A model generated the notes under the pieces. The model saw only the letters and a list, made by a program, of their open reading frames with translations. It did no database searches and was not told the DNA's origin. Of a stretch of DNA of 64,000 nucleotides, positions 18,422 to 29,284 are shown piece after piece (position 1 is the first letter of the stretch; every line of letters starts with the position of its first letter). A program made the translations under genes and the position numbers. Source of the DNA: Xanthobacteraceae bacterium (GTDB lineage: Bacteria > Pseudomonadota > Alphaproteobacteria > Rhizobiales > Xanthobacteraceae); the NCBI GenBank assembly GCA_035532335.1, contig DATKRE010000001.1, forward strand, positions 3,555 to 67,554, read 5' to 3'.

Positions 18422-21400
18422 ATGCAGACCCCTGAAGACGTGATTGGCTCCTCGAACGCCAACGGTTCCGCTATGGCCGAGAATATTCCCCAGACGACGG
18501 CGCGCGGGGTCGACGGGGATGTCCAAGGTTTGGACGTTCAAGGTTTGGACGCTCAAGGTTTGGCGGAATTGCTGAACGCGCTCCAGACCATGCGGGTCGG
18601 TGATTTTTCCGTCCGCATGGCCCGCGACCGAGTCGGGATCATTGGCAAGATTGCCGATACTTTCAACGAAATCGTCGCCACCAACCAGCGGATGGCAAAG
18701 CAGCTCGAACGCGTTGGTCAGGTTGTCGGGCGCGACGGACGGACACGCCAACGCGTGCGCTTCGGTCTGTCCGACGGTGCCTGGGGTGAGATGGAAACCT
18801 CGGTCAATTCGCTGATCGACGATTTGCTATGGCCGACGACGGAAGTGACGCGCGCCGTCGCTGCGGTGGCGCAAGGCGATCTCTTGCAAACAGTGCAGCT
18901 CGACGTTGACGGCCGGCCGCTGAAGGGTGAGTTCCTGCGTTCCGCCGAAATCGTCAATACGATGATCAAACAGCTCAACGTGTTCACCTCCGAGGTGACC
19001 CGCGTCGCGCGCGAGGTCGGCACCGAAGGCAAACTCGGCGGCCAGGCCCAAGTCGGCGGTGTCACCGGCGTGTGGAAAGACCTCACGGAGAGCGTCAATT
19101 CGATGGCGTCGAACTTGACCGCGCAAGTGCGCAACATCGCCGATGTGACGATAGCGGTCGCCAACGGCGACTTGTCTAAGAAAATCACCGTCGACGTGCG
19201 CGGCGAAATTCTGCAATTGAAGGAAGCCATCAACACGATGGTCGATCAATTGCGCTCCTTCGCCTCCGAAGTGACGCGCGTCGCCCGCGAAGTCGGCACC
19301 GACGGCAAGCTCGGCGGCCAGGCGATCGTGCCCGGCGTCGCCGGCACGTGGAAGGACTTGACCGACTCGGTCAACGCCATGTGCGGCAATCTTACCGACC
19401 AGGTCCGCAACATCGCGCACGTGACGACGGCGGTTGCGCGCGGTGACTTGTCGCGCAAAATTACGGTCGACGTGCGCGGCGAAATTCTCAAGCTGAAAGA
19501 CACCATCAACACGATGGTGGACCAGCTCAACGGTTTCGCGTCGGAAGTGACGCGCGTCGCCCGCGAGGTCGGCACCGAAGGCAAGCTCGGCGGTCAGGCG
19601 CAGGTGCCCGGCGTCGCCGGCACCTGGAAGGATTTGACCGACAGCGTCAACTTCATGGCCGGCAACTTGACGGCGCAGGTCCGCAATATCGCCGACGTGG
19701 CGACCGCGATCGCCGGCGGCGATTTGTCGAAGAAAATTACGGTGAATGTCAGCGGCGAGATCTTGCAGTTGAAAGAGACCATCAACACGATGGTCGATCA
19801 GCTCAATGCGTTCGCCGGCGAAGTCACCCGCGTTGCGCGCGAGGTCGGCACCGACGGCCGCCTTGGCGGCCAGGCCAACGTGCGCGGCGTTGCCGGCACC
19901 TGGAAGGACTTGACGGATTCGGTGAATTCGATGGCGTCGAACCTGACCGCGCAGGTGCGCAACATCGCTGAAGTGTCGACCGCTATCGCCAGCGGCGACT
20001 TGTCGAAAAAGATCACGGTCGACGTGCGCGGGGAAATTGCCGAGCTGAAAGACACCATCAACACGATGGTGGACCAGCTCAATGCCTTTGCCGGGGAGGT
20101 GACGCGCGTGGCGCGCGAGGTCGGCACCGAAGGCAAGCTCGGCGGTCAGGCCATGGTGCGCGGCGTTGCCGGCACCTGGAAGGATTTGACCGACTCGGTC
20201 AACTCGATGGCGTCGAACCTCACCGGTCAGGTGCGCAACATCGCCGAAGTGGCGACCGCGGTGGCCCGCGGCGACCTTTCGCGCAAGATCACCGTGGACG
20301 TGCGGGGCGAAATTCTCGAACTGAAAGACACGCTCAACACGATGGTCGATCAGCTCAACGCCTTTGCCGCCGAGGTGACGCGCGTCGCGCGCGAAGTCGG
20401 CACCGAAGGCAAGCTCGGTGGTCAAGCCAACGTGCCGGGCGTCGGCGGCACCTGGAAGGATTTGACCGACTCGGTAAATTCGATGGCCTCGAACCTCACC
20501 GGGCAGGTGCGCAACATCGCCGAGGTGGCGACGGCAATCGCCGGTGGCGACCTTTCGCGCAAGATCACCGTCGACGTACGCGGCGAGATTTTGCAGTTGA
20601 AGGAAACCCTCAACACCATGGTCGACCAGCTCAACCGCTTCGCCGGCGAGGTGACGCGCGTTGCCCGCGAGGTCGGCACCGAAGGTCGCCTCGGCGGTCA
20701 GGCGAACGTGCCAGGTGTCGCCGGCACCTGGAAGGACTTGACGGATTCGGTCAACTCGATGGCCGGCAACCTCACCGCGCAAGTGCGCAACATCGCCGAA
20801 GTGACCACGGCGGTGGCCCGCGGCGACCTTTCGCGCAAGATCACCGTCGACGTTAAAGGCGAAATTCTCGAGCTGAAAAACACCATCAATACGATGGCGG
20901 ACCAGCTCAACGCATTCGCCTCCGAAGTGACGCGCGTCGCCCGCGAAGTCGGAACTGAAGGCAAGCTCGGCGGCCAGGCGCAGGTGCTCGGTGTCGCCGG
21001 CACCTGGAAGGACCTGACCGACAACGTCAACTTCATGGCTTCGAACTTGACCGCGCAGGTGCGCAACATTGCCGAAGTGGCGACAGCAATCGCCGGCGGC
21101 GACCTGTCGAAGAAGATCACGGTCGACGTGCGCGGCGAGATGCTGTTCCTCAAAGACACGCTCAACACGATGGTTGAGCAATTGCGTTCGTTCGCCGCCG
21201 AAGTGACGCGTGTCGCCCGCGAGGTCGGCGCCGACGGTCGTCTCGGCGGTCAGGCCGTGGTTCCCGGCGTCGCCGGCACCTGGAAAGACTTGACCGACAA
21301 CGTCAACTTGCTCGCCGCAAACCTGACGACGCAAGTCCGTAACATCGCCGAGGTGACGACGGCGGTGGCGCGCGGCGACCTGTCGCGCAAGATTACGGTC

Positions 21401-24400
21401 GACGTTAAGGGCGAAATCCTGGAGCTGAAGAACACCATCAACACCATGGTGGACCAGCTCAATGGTTTCGCGTCGGAAGTTACCCGCGTTGCGCGTGAAG
21501 TCGGCACCGAGGGACTGCTCGGCGGCCAGGCGCAAGTGCCCGGCGTCGCCGGTACCTGGAAGGACTTGACCGATACGGTGAACGTCATGGCCGCCAACCT
21601 GACCGAGCAGGTGCGCGGTATTGTGAAGGTCGTGACTGCGGTCGCCAACGGCGACCTGAAGCAAAACCTTGCCGTGAAATCGAAAGGCGAGGTCGCGGCG
21701 CTTGCCGAAACCATCAACAGTATGACGGATACACTTGCGACCTTTGCCGACCAGGTGACCACGGTGGCGCGCGAGGTCGGCGTCGAAGGTCGTCTTGGCG
21801 GCCAGGCGAATGTGCCCGGCGCTGCCGGCACTTGGAAGGACTTGACCGGCAACGTCAATCTGCTTGCCGCCAATCTGACCACGCAGGTGCGCGCCATCGC
21901 CGAAGTGGCGACGGCGGTGACCAAGGGTGACCTGACGCGATCGATTCAAGTCGAAGCGCGCGGCGAAGTGGCCGAGCTCAAGGACAACATCAATACGATG
22001 ATCGACAACTTGCGGCTGACCACCGACCGCAACACCGAGCAGGATTGGCTGAAGACGAACCTCGCAAAATTCACCAACATGCTGCAAGGCCAGCGTGATC
22101 TGACGGCCGTCGGCCGCTTGCTGCTCTCCGAGCTGGCTCCTCTGGTCAACGCTCACCAGGGCGTTATCTATCAGATGGAAGGCGACGAGCGGCAGAGTAG
22201 TCTCAATCTGCTGTCGGCCTACGCCGACGACAATACGAACGGCCATCCGGATAGCTTCCGTCTTGGTCAAGGCCTGATTGGACAGTGCGCGCTCGACAAA
22301 CGGCGCATGTTGATTACCGACATGCCGGAAGGCGCTGTTCCCATTAGCTCGGCACTGTTCAGGGAATCGCCCCGCAACAATATCGTGTTGCCGGTCCTGT
22401 TCGAGAATCAGGTTAAGGCGGTGATCGAACTTGCGTCGATGCACGAATTCACGACGCTGCAAACCATATTCCTCGAGCAGCTTACGACCTCGATCGGTAT
22501 CGTGCTCAATTCGATCGAGGCGACAATGCAGACCGAGGGCCTGCTCAAGCAATCGCAGCAGTTAGCCGGCGAATTGCAGGCGCAACAGAAAGAATTGCAA
22601 AAAACCAACGAGCAACTTGAGCAGAAGGCGCAACAACTTGCCGAGCGCAACGTCGAAGTCGAGCGCAAGAATCAGGAAATCGAGCAGGCCCGCCGCGCGG
22701 TGGAGGAGAAGGCGACCGAACTGGCGCTAACCTCCAAGTACAAATCGGAATTCCTGGCCAACATGTCGCACGAGTTGCGCACGCCGCTCAACTCGATCCT
22801 GATCCTCGGCCAGCAGCTCACCGACAATCCCGAGGGCAATCTGAGCGGCAAGCAGGTCGAGTTCGCCAGAACGATCCATGGTGCCGGCACCGATTTGCTC
22901 AATCTCATCAGCGATATCTTGGATTTGTCTAAGATCGAGTCCGGTACCGTGACCGTCGATGCCGAGGAGGTCTTCTTCTCGAACTTGCTCGATATGATGG
23001 CGCGGCCGTTCCGTCATGAAGCGGAAACCCGTCAACTTTCATTCGAGGTTCATTCCGATCAAAATCTCGGGCGGACCATCACCACGGACGCCAAACGCTT
23101 GCAGCAGGTGCTCAAGAATCTGCTGTCGAATGCTTTCAAGTTTACTGCTCAGGGCGGCGTTCGCCTTAACGTCGCCGTATCGCTCGGCGGCTGGAGCGCG
23201 GAGCATCCGGTGCTCAGCCAGGCATCCGCCGTCGTGGCGTTCGAGGTGACGGATACCGGCATCGGTATTCCGCTCGAAAAACAGAAGATTATCTTCGAAG
23301 CATTCCAGCAAGCCGACGCGTCGACCAGCCGGAAATATGGCGGCACCGGTCTCGGTCTCGCCATCAGCCGCGAACTGGCGAGCCTGCTCGGAGGCGAGAT
23401 TCATCTGCGTAGCTCGCCCGGGTCCGGATCGACGTTCACGCTCTATCTGCCGATCAAATATGTCGGCCCGAGCGCGACAACGCACGTCGCCACGGCCGTG
23501 TCGATGCCCTCGCCACAATTGTTGGGACTTCACATTGCCGCCGACCGCACGATCGAGCCGATCCCCGATGACCGGATGGACATTCAGGCCGGCGACAGCA
23601 TTCTTCTCATCGTTGAGGACGATCCGCATTACGCCCGCATTTTGATCGACCTCGCGCGCGACAAGGGTTTCAAGGCGCTATTGGCGATGCGCGGCGATGA
23701 TGCACTCAATCTTGCCAAGCAGTATCAGCCAACTGCGGTTTCGCTCGATGTATTCCTGCCGGACATGCTTGGTTGGAATGTGCTCAGTCAGCTCAAGCAG
23801 AATCCCCTAACCCGGCATATTCCGGTGCAGATTGTGTCGCTCGACGAAGATCGCGAGCATGGTCTGGCGCGCGGTGCGTTTGCCTTCGTCAACAAACCGA
23901 CGACGCGCGAAGACATTGACGTGGCGCTGTCCCGTATCAAGGAATTTACCAAGCCACGTCGCAAGCGCCTGTTGATCGTCGAGGACAATTCCGTCGAGCG
24001 GATGAGCATCCACGCTTTGCTCGACCATGACGATATCGATATCGTGAACGCGGCCACGGGCGGCGAGGCATTGAGTACGCTGCACGACAAATCATGCGAT
24101 TGCGTGGTTCTCGACCTTCGTCTTCCAGATATGTCGGGCTTTGAGGTGCTGGAGCGCATGCGCGCGGATAGTTCGCTTGCCGACATTCCGGTCGTCGTAT
24201 TCACGGGCCGGGAATTGTCTGCCGCGGAAGATGCCCAGCTTCATACCATGGCGCGCAGCATCGTGGTGAAAGGGGTCGAATCGCCCGAGCGGTTGCTTAA
24301 CGAGACCGCGCTGTTCCTGCATCGCGTCATCACCGATTTGCCGGCCGAGAAACAGCATATGCTGGAACGGCTCAATAGCTCCGACGAGGATCTCGTCGGG

Positions 24401-24766
24401 CGTACCGTACTTCTGGTCGACGACGATCCGCGTAACATCTTTGCCCTGTCGAGCGCGCTGGAACGCCGTGGCATGAACGTGCTCACTGCGACGACGGGGG
24501 CCGAGGCGATTACGCTCATCGAGGAAACGCCGGCGCTCGCTATCGTGCTGATGGACATCATGATGCCGGAGATGGACGGCTATCAAACGATCGAGAAAAT
24601 CCGTCAAGACCAGGCCCATCGCCGCTTGCCGATCATTGCCTTGACCGCCAAGGCGATGAAGGGCGATCGCGAAAAATGCCTACAGGCCGGGGCATCGGAC
24701 TATCTCGCCAAGCCTGTTAACACCGAGCAACTCCTGTCCGCGCTGCGGATGTGGTTGCATCGCTAG
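18422..24766 (+). CDS. giant cytoplasmic hybrid sensor histidine kinase: poly-HAMP array, GAF, coiled coil, HisKA, HATPase, three receiver domains (2114 aa)
   Basis: No TM segment is visible. About 25 HAMP-like modules are present. A GAF-like region runs from about 22090 to 22520. The H-box is [15 protein letters not shown], with G-boxes (DTGIGI, GGTGLGL). Three REC domains carry the phospho-Asp contexts [18 protein letters not shown] and [15 protein letters not shown] lies 8 nt before the ATG. Confidence 0.9.
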   Translation: MQTPEDVIGSSNANGSAMAENIPQTTARGVDGDVQGLDVQGLDAQGLAELLNALQTMRVGDFSVRMARDRVGIIGKIADTFNEIVATNQRMAKQLERVGQVVGRDGRTRQRVRFGLSDGAWGEMETSVNSLIDDLLWPTTEVTRAVAAVAQGDLLQTVQLDVDGRPLKGEFLRSAEIVNTMIKQLNVFTSEVTRVAREVGTEGKLGGQAQVGGVTGVWKDLTESVNSMASNLTAQVRNIADVTIAVANGDLSKKITVDVRGEILQLKEAINTMVDQLRSFASEVTRVAREVGTDGKLGGQAIVPGVAGTWKDLTDSVNAMCGNLTDQVRNIAHVTTAVARGDLSRKITVDVRGEILKLKDTINTMVDQLNGFASEVTRVAREVGTEGKLGGQAQVPGVAGTWKDLTDSVNFMAGNLTAQVRNIADVATAIAGGDLSKKITVNVSGEILQLKETINTMVDQLNAFAGEVTRVAREVGTDGRLGGQANVRGVAGTWKDLTDSVNSMASNLTAQVRNIAEVSTAIASGDLSKKITVDVRGEIAELKDTINTMVDQLNAFAGEVTRVAREVGTEGKLGGQAMVRGVAGTWKDLTDSVNSMASNLTGQVRNIAEVATAVARGDLSRKITVDVRGEILELKDTLNTMVDQLNAFAAEVTRVAREVGTEGKLGGQANVPGVGGTWKDLTDSVNSMASNLTGQVRNIAEVATAIAGGDLSRKITVDVRGEILQLKETLNTMVDQLNRFAGEVTRVAREVGTEGRLGGQANVPGVAGTWKDLTDSVNSMAGNLTAQVRNIAEVTTAVARGDLSRKITVDVKGEILELKNTINTMADQLNAFASEVTRVAREVGTEGKLGGQAQVLGVAGTWKDLTDNVNFMASNLTAQVRNIAEVATAIAGGDLSKKITVDVRGEMLFLKDTLNTMVEQLRSFAAEVTRVAREVGADGRLGGQAVVPGVAGTWKDLTDNVNLLAANLTTQVRNIAEVTTAVARGDLSRKITVDVKGEILELKNTINTMVDQLNGFASEVTRVAREVGTEGLLGGQAQVPGVAGTWKDLTDTVNVMAANLTEQVRGIVKVVTAVANGDLKQNLAVKSKGEVAALAETINSMTDTLATFADQVTTVAREVGVEGRLGGQANVPGAAGTWKDLTGNVNLLAANLTTQVRAIAEVATAVTKGDLTRSIQVEARGEVAELKDNINTMIDNLRLTTDRNTEQDWLKTNLAKFTNMLQGQRDLTAVGRLLLSELAPLVNAHQGVIYQMEGDERQSSLNLLSAYADDNTNGHPDSFRLGQGLIGQCALDKRRMLITDMPEGAVPISSALFRESPRNNIVLPVLFENQVKAVIELASMHEFTTLQTIFLEQLTTSIGIVLNSIEATMQTEGLLKQSQQLAGELQAQQKELQKTNEQLEQKAQQLAERNVEVERKNQEIEQARRAVEEKATELALTSKYKSEFLANMSHELRTPLNSILILGQQLTDNPEGNLSGKQVEFARTIHGAGTDLLNLISDILDLSKIESGTVTVDAEEVFFSNLLDMMARPFRHEAETRQLSFEVHSDQNLGRTITTDAKRLQQVLKNLLSNAFKFTAQGGVRLNVAVSLGGWSAEHPVLSQASAVVAFEVTDTGIGIPLEKQKIIFEAFQQADASTSRKYGGTGLGLAISRELASLLGGEIHLRSSPGSGSTFTLYLPIKYVGPSATTHVATAVSMPSPQLLGLHIAADRTIEPIPDDRMDIQAGDSILLIVEDDPHYARILIDLARDKGFKALLAMRGDDALNLAKQYQPTAVSLDVFLPDMLGWNVLSQLKQNPLTRHIPVQIVSLDEDREHGLARGAFAFVNKPTTREDIDVALSRIKEFTKPRRKRLLIVEDNSVERMSIHALLDHDDIDIVNAATGGEALSTLHDKSCDCVVLDLRLPDMSGFEVLERMRADSSLADIPVVVFTGRELSAAEDAQLHTMARSIVVKGVESPERLLNETALFLHRVITDLPAEKQHMLERLNSSDEDLVGRTVLLVDDDPRNIFALSSALERRGMNVLTATTGAEAITLIEETPALAIVLMDIMMPEMDGYQTIEKIRQDQAHRRLPIIALTAKAMKGDREKCLQAGASDYLAKPVNTEQLLSALRMWLHR
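18521..18565 (+). repeat. three tandem 15-bp units (GTCCAAGGTTTGGAC-like) encoding [15 protein letters not shown]
   Basis: The units are gtccaaggtttggac, gttcaaggtttggac and gctcaaggtttggcg, read directly from the sequence. Confidence 0.8.
18983..22018 (+). repeat. 11 in-frame tandem copies of a 276-bp (92-aa) unit, each unit being two concatenated HAMP-like modules
   Basis: Each unit begins F(A/T)[11 protein letters not shown] and contains [20 protein letters not shown](R/K)KITVDV and NTMVDQL. I counted 11 units by hand. Copies differ mostly at synonymous sites. Confidence 0.9.
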
Positions 24767-24777
24767 CCGCGGCCGTC

Positions 24778-26631
24778 ATGACAGAAAAAGTCAACGTTCT
24801 GTTGGTCGACGATCAGCCTGACAAGCTGCTCGCTTACGAGGTGATCCTCCAGGACCTTGGAGAAAATCTCGTCAAAACATCATCTGCGCGAGATGCCTTG
24901 CAATTTCTCCTTAAGAACGACGTCGCCGTCGTCCTGGTCGACGTGTGTATGCCGGTGCTTGACGGTTTCCAGTTTGCCGCCATGCTCCGCGAGCATCCAC
25001 GGTTCCGGAAAACAGCGATCATTTTCATTTCGGCTATCCTTCTCACCGACGTAGATCGCCTGCGCGGTTATGAGATGGGAGCGGCCGATTATGTGCCGGT
25101 GCCGGTCGTTCCCGAAGTATTGCGTGCGAAGGTCAGGGTATTTGTCGAGCTGTTCCGGAAGACGCGCGAGCTTGAAGAATTAAACTCTCAACTCGAACGG
25201 CACGTGACGGAGCGCACGGTGGAACTTGAATCTTCGAACCAGCGGCTGCTTCAGAGCGAGCAGGGCCGCAGCCTTGCGCTGGCGGCCGGTCAGATGGGCT
25301 CGTGGGACTGGGACCTGGTCAATGACGACTGGAAGTGGGACGAAGGTCAATGCCGCATCTTCGGAGTCGATCACGCCACATTCAGACCGAGCCCGCAAAA
25401 TGTCGGCACCATGGTCGAGCCGGAGGACATGCGCCGGCTCACGGAGATGGTGTCCGATTTCGGGCGTGGCGACAGCCAAGGCTACCAGACTGAATTCCGC
25501 GTCGTGCGTCTGGACGGCACGGTGCGGTGGTGCTTCGGCACGGCGGCTCCGACTGTCGACGCCTCCGGCAAGGTGGTGCGTATTTCCGGCGTCACCATCG
25601 ACATCACCGATCGCAAGGAGACCGAAGAGCGCCAAGCGTTTCTGTCACGCGAGGTCGATCATCGCGCCCGCAACGCGCTCGCCGTTATCCAATCGATCAT
25701 AAGGCTTACTCGCGCAAAAAGCGTTGACGACTACGTGCTGGCGATCGAGGGGCGCATCAAAGCGATGGCGCGCGCGCACACGCTGCTTTCCGACTCTCGC
25801 TGGCACGGCGCCGATCTCGGGGCGCTCGTCGCGGAAGAATTGGCGCCGTACCGGGCCGGTGACAAAATCGAGATCTGCGGGCCTGATATCTCGCTGCAAC
25901 CAGCTACCGCTCAAGGTCTCGCGCTTGCGCTGCATGAGCTCGCCACCAACGCGGCAAAACATGGCGCGCTGTCGTTGGCCACCGGCAAAGTGAGGCTCGA
26001 TTGGCGGTTACAGGCGGACACTCTGAACTTGCATTGGGTGGAGAATGGCGGCCCGCACATTGAGTCGCCTTCCGCGAGCAGCTTCGGCTTGAAAGTCATC
26101 GTTGCCAGCGTGGAACAACAACTTGGTGGCAAAGTAGAGTTTGACTGGGGTTCCAAAGGTCTGCAATGCGTGTTGTCGATACCGCGTAGCGTATTGTTGA
26201 AAACACGGGTCGCAGGCGAGCGAGTCAACGGTGAAGCAAATGGCGTCGCGGCCGGTTTGAATCCGGCAGGCAAGCCGCGCGTGCTCCTGGTCGAGGACGA
26301 AGCGTTGGTCGCCATGATGATACAGGAGAGCCTTACCGAATTCGGCTTCCACGTCATCGGTCCGGTCTGCACCGTATCCGAGGCGGAGGCGGTTGCCCGG
26401 GACGATCGACCCGATGTCGCCGTCCTTGATATCAATCTCGGCGACGGGATGATCTATTCGGTCGCCGAGATACTGGCGGTGCGCGGAGTGCCATTCGTCT
26501 TCGTGACCGGTTACGATGCCGAGAGCGTCGACAGCCGGTTCAGCGAAATCCCGATCCTGCAGAAGCCCATCGACAGGGAAATATTGCAGAGAATCTTCGC
26601 TCAGCACGCGGAGCGCTATGCCGCTCATTGA
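24778..26631 (+). CDS. REC - PAS - HWE/HisKA_2 histidine kinase - REC hybrid protein
   Basis: The N-terminal REC has VLLVDDQPD...VLVDVCMPVLDG and a PAS region (SWDWDLVNDDWKWDEGQCRIFGV). The HisKA_2 H-box is REVDHRARNALAVIQS and the HWE signature is LHWVENGGP. The C-terminal REC has VLLVEDEALV...VLDINLGDG. The gene starts 12 nt after the upstream stop. Confidence 0.9.
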   Translation: MTEKVNVLLVDDQPDKLLAYEVILQDLGENLVKTSSARDALQFLLKNDVAVVLVDVCMPVLDGFQFAAMLREHPRFRKTAIIFISAILLTDVDRLRGYEMGAADYVPVPVVPEVLRAKVRVFVELFRKTRELEELNSQLERHVTERTVELESSNQRLLQSEQGRSLALAAGQMGSWDWDLVNDDWKWDEGQCRIFGVDHATFRPSPQNVGTMVEPEDMRRLTEMVSDFGRGDSQGYQTEFRVVRLDGTVRWCFGTAAPTVDASGKVVRISGVTIDITDRKETEERQAFLSREVDHRARNALAVIQSIIRLTRAKSVDDYVLAIEGRIKAMARAHTLLSDSRWHGADLGALVAEELAPYRAGDKIEICGPDISLQPATAQGLALALHELATNAAKHGALSLATGKVRLDWRLQADTLNLHWVENGGPHIESPSASSFGLKVIVASVEQQLGGKVEFDWGSKGLQCVLSIPRSVLLKTRVAGERVNGEANGVAAGLNPAGKPRVLLVEDEALVAMMIQESLTEFGFHVIGPVCTVSEAEAVARDDRPDVAVLDINLGDGMIYSVAEILAVRGVPFVFVTGYDAESVDSRFSEIPILQKPIDREILQRIFAQHAERYAAH

Positions 26632-26687
26632 TTGGTGCTGGATCTTGCCGCCCCGGTAGAATCATACGGCGGCCGATACAATAATTT

Positions 26688-28199
26688 TCAGTTGGCCGGA
26701 GGCAGCAGTGTTCGCGCCATCGCGTCGCGCCAACCACGGCAACGCTGGTCGCGGATGTTTTCGGGCATCGTTGGCTGGAAACTGCGATCAAGACGCCAGA
26801 TCGTGGCGAAGGCATCCGGCGCCGGATACACGCCGGCTTGCCAGCCGGCCAGCAGGGCGACGCCGAGCGCGGTCGTCTCGCGGATAGTGGGGCGATCGAC
26901 CTGCACGTCCAGAACGTCAGCGAGAAACTGCATGGTCCAGTCGCTTGCCGACATGCCACCGTCAACGCGGATGATAGGCTTCATCGTTCCCGGCTGCCGT
27001 GTTTCGCCGGCATCGGCATACATGGCCGCGAGCAGATCGCAAGTCTGATACCCGACGCTTTCGAGCACGGCGCGCGCTAACTCCTTCCGCGTCGTCCCGC
27101 GCGTCAAGCCGGTGATGGTGCCGCGGGCGCCGCTATTCCAGTAGGGCGCACCGAGGCCGACAAATGCCGGTACGAAATAGACGGGTTGCTCAGTGTCGGC
27201 TTGCGCAGCGAGTTCACCCGCTTGTGTCGACGAGGCGATAATCCCAAGTGCGTCGCGCAGCCATTGAACCGCCGCGCCAGCCACGAAGATCGACCCCTCC
27301 AGAGCGTAATGGCGGGTGCCATTCCATTGGTAGGCGATTGTCGTCAGCAGACGATGCCGCGAGCGGACGGCGGTTGATCCAGTGTTGAGCAAGACGAAAC
27401 CACCGGTTCCGTAGGTGGCCTTGACCATGCCCGGCTCCAGGCAGGCTTGGCCGATGAGCGCGGCTTGCTGGTCGCCGGCGACTGCACGAATGGCGATCTC
27501 ATTACCGAGATGCTCGGCCGCAGCAACGCCAAACTCGCCGGCGGTATCTCGCACCTGCGGCAGTAGTGAGGCCGCCACCTTGAACAGCCGCAGCAATTCC
27601 TCGTCCCAGCAACCGGTCCGGATATTGAACAGGAGCGTACGCGAGGCGTTGGTGGCATCGGTCGCGTGTACCGCGCCCAGCGTCAGGCGCCACAGGAGGT
27701 AAGTGTCGACGGTGCCGAACGCCAACTCGCCTTTCTCAGCGCGCGCACGCGCACCCGGAACATTATCGAGTATCCAGCAGATTTTGGTTGCCGAGAAATA
27801 CGGGTCGATCAAGAGCCCGGTGCGCTCGGTGATCATCTCTTGATAACCGTCGGCCACCATACGCGCGCAAAGATCGGCGGTTCGGCGATCCTGCCAAACA
27901 ATCGCATTGTAGATCGGCTCGCCCGTCTCGCGATTCCAGATGAGCGTGGTCTCGCGTTGATTGGCGATGCCGATGGCAGCGATATCGGGCGGACGCAGCG
28001 CGGCACTTTGCAACGCGTCGCGCATGGTCGCCAGCGTGGTTTCCCAGATATCGCTAGGATCGTGCTCGATCCAGCCGGGATGCGGGTAGATTTGTTTGAA
28101 CTCCCGCTGTGCGACCGAGAGCGGAGCGCCATCCGGCCCGAACAGGATGGTACGCGTTGAGGTGGTGCCCTGATCGATGGCGAGGACGTATCGCATCAA
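26688..28199 (-). CDS. glpK: glycerol kinase
   Basis: Contains [20 protein letters not shown]... and is 503 aa, with FGGY kinase motifs throughout. Confidence 0.95.
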   Translation of the reverse strand: MMRYVLAIDQGTTSTRTILFGPDGAPLSVAQREFKQIYPHPGWIEHDPSDIWETTLATMRDALQSAALRPPDIAAIGIANQRETTLIWNRETGEPIYNAIVWQDRRTADLCARMVADGYQEMITERTGLLIDPYFSATKICWILDNVPGARARAEKGELAFGTVDTYLLWRLTLGAVHATDATNASRTLLFNIRTGCWDEELLRLFKVAASLLPQVRDTAGEFGVAAAEHLGNEIAIRAVAGDQQAALIGQACLEPGMVKATYGTGGFVLLNTGSTAVRSRHRLLTTIAYQWNGTRHYALEGSIFVAGAAVQWLRDALGIIASSTQAGELAAQADTEQPVYFVPAFVGLGAPYWNSGARGTITGLTRGTTRKELARAVLESVGYQTCDLLAAMYADAGETRQPGTMKPIIRVDGGMSASDWTMQFLADVLDVQVDRPTIRETTALGVALLAGWQAGVYPAPDAFATIWRLDRSFQPTMPENIRDQRCRGWRDAMARTLLPPAN

Positions 28200-28309
28200 G
28201 TCAGCTTCTACGGGTGGCGCTTAGGTGTAAACAGGCCGTGAATTGCGCCGCGAACAGTACCGCCAATGCGGTACCGTGGGTTTCGATCGTCCGCTGCGAA
28301 ATAATTCGC

Positions 28310-29080
28310 TTAAAAATCAATCTTCCGCTTGTTGAGAAACGCGTCGATTCCGGCACGGGCGTCGTCGGACGTGAGGCTTAGGGCTTGCGCCACTTCTTCT
28401 GTCCAGAGCCCTTCCGACGCCGCCATTTTCTCGATGCGCGGTATGGCTTGGATAATGAGATAGTTCGGAATTTGCGCATTCTTGGCGACAACGCCGGCTA
28501 GCTCAATCGCCTTGTCGAGCGTTTTGCCGGCCTCGACCACGTAGTGCGAAAGCCCGATCCGCTCGCCCGCGGCGGCATCGACAACGCGGCCGGTCAACAT
28601 CATTTCGATCATCCGGCCGGAGCCGATAATGCGGGAAACGCTGACACTGGCACCGCCGCCGACGTAAAAGCCGCGGCGGCCTTCCGGCAATTGGTAAAAC
28701 GTGGTCGAGTCGGCCACTCGCACATGGGTCGCCGCCGCGATTTCGAGGCCTCCACCGATCACCGCACCGGGCATCGCCGCCACCACCGGACGCCCTCCGA
28801 ATTGGATGGCTTCGCAGGTGGCGTGCCCAAGGCGAGACATTTCGATGCTCTCGAACGGCTGGCGATGACGGTGTTCGGTGAGGTCTAGACCGGCACAGAA
28901 ATGCGGACCGGCGCCGGTGAGGACCACGGCCCGCACATCCGGCTCGAAATCCTCAAATGTCTTCTTTAATTGCCGCCAAAGGTCCTCATTCAATGCGTTG
29001 CGTTTGGCGGGGCGATTGATGGTGACGATGGCTATGGCGCCCTGGCGCTCAATCAGCAAAGGTGGCGCAGTTTTACTCAT
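28310..29080 (-). CDS. enoyl-CoA hydratase/isomerase (crotonase) family protein
   Basis: Contains RPAKRNALN, FCAGLDL and the GGGLEIA crotonase pattern. Confidence 0.85.
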   Translation of the reverse strand: MSKTAPPLLIERQGAIAIVTINRPAKRNALNEDLWRQLKKTFEDFEPDVRAVVLTGAGPHFCAGLDLTEHRHRQPFESIEMSRLGHATCEAIQFGGRPVVAAMPGAVIGGGLEIAAATHVRVADSTTFYQLPEGRRGFYVGGGASVSVSRIIGSGRMIEMMLTGRVVDAAAGERIGLSHYVVEAGKTLDKAIELAGVVAKNAQIPNYLIIQAIPRIEKMAASEGLWTEEVAQALSLTSDDARAGIDAFLNKRKIDF

Positions 29081-29284
29081 GAATTTTGCTCATCAAACGG
29101 TGGATGTGTTGCAGGCCGGATGGGGCAGGGCAACCATATAGCCATGGTGGCGGTTGAGATAGGGCCACGGCCGGTACTCGTGATGTTCTCGGCTTGTGCG
29201 CTCATCAATTCTTCAGACAACAAGGCGACCGATCCTGTAGCATGGCGCCCATCTTCAAGCGCGCCGTTGCGCGAGTAAATTGTC

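Noticed and set aside
18083-18751. 222-aa minus-strand ORF overlapping the start of the giant kinase
   Set aside because: It crosses the kinase start, the 5-prime leader and the IS target duplication. It has no recognisable motif and is a shadow ORF.
18983-22018. Regular 276-bp tandem repeats considered as a possible CRISPR or satellite array
   Set aside because: The units are contiguous without spacers, are in frame, and encode a conserved peptide inside one long ORF. This is a protein-domain repeat.
18827-22552. 1241-aa ORF antisense to the poly-HAMP kinase, plus many 60-220-aa antisense ORFs in 18.7-22.7 kb
   Set aside because: The translation is low-complexity and R/G/H/A-rich, with no domain pattern. 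It exactly shadows the repetitive GC-rich sense gene, which has clear HAMP/GAF/kinase motifs. This is a typical open antisense frame in high-GC DNA.
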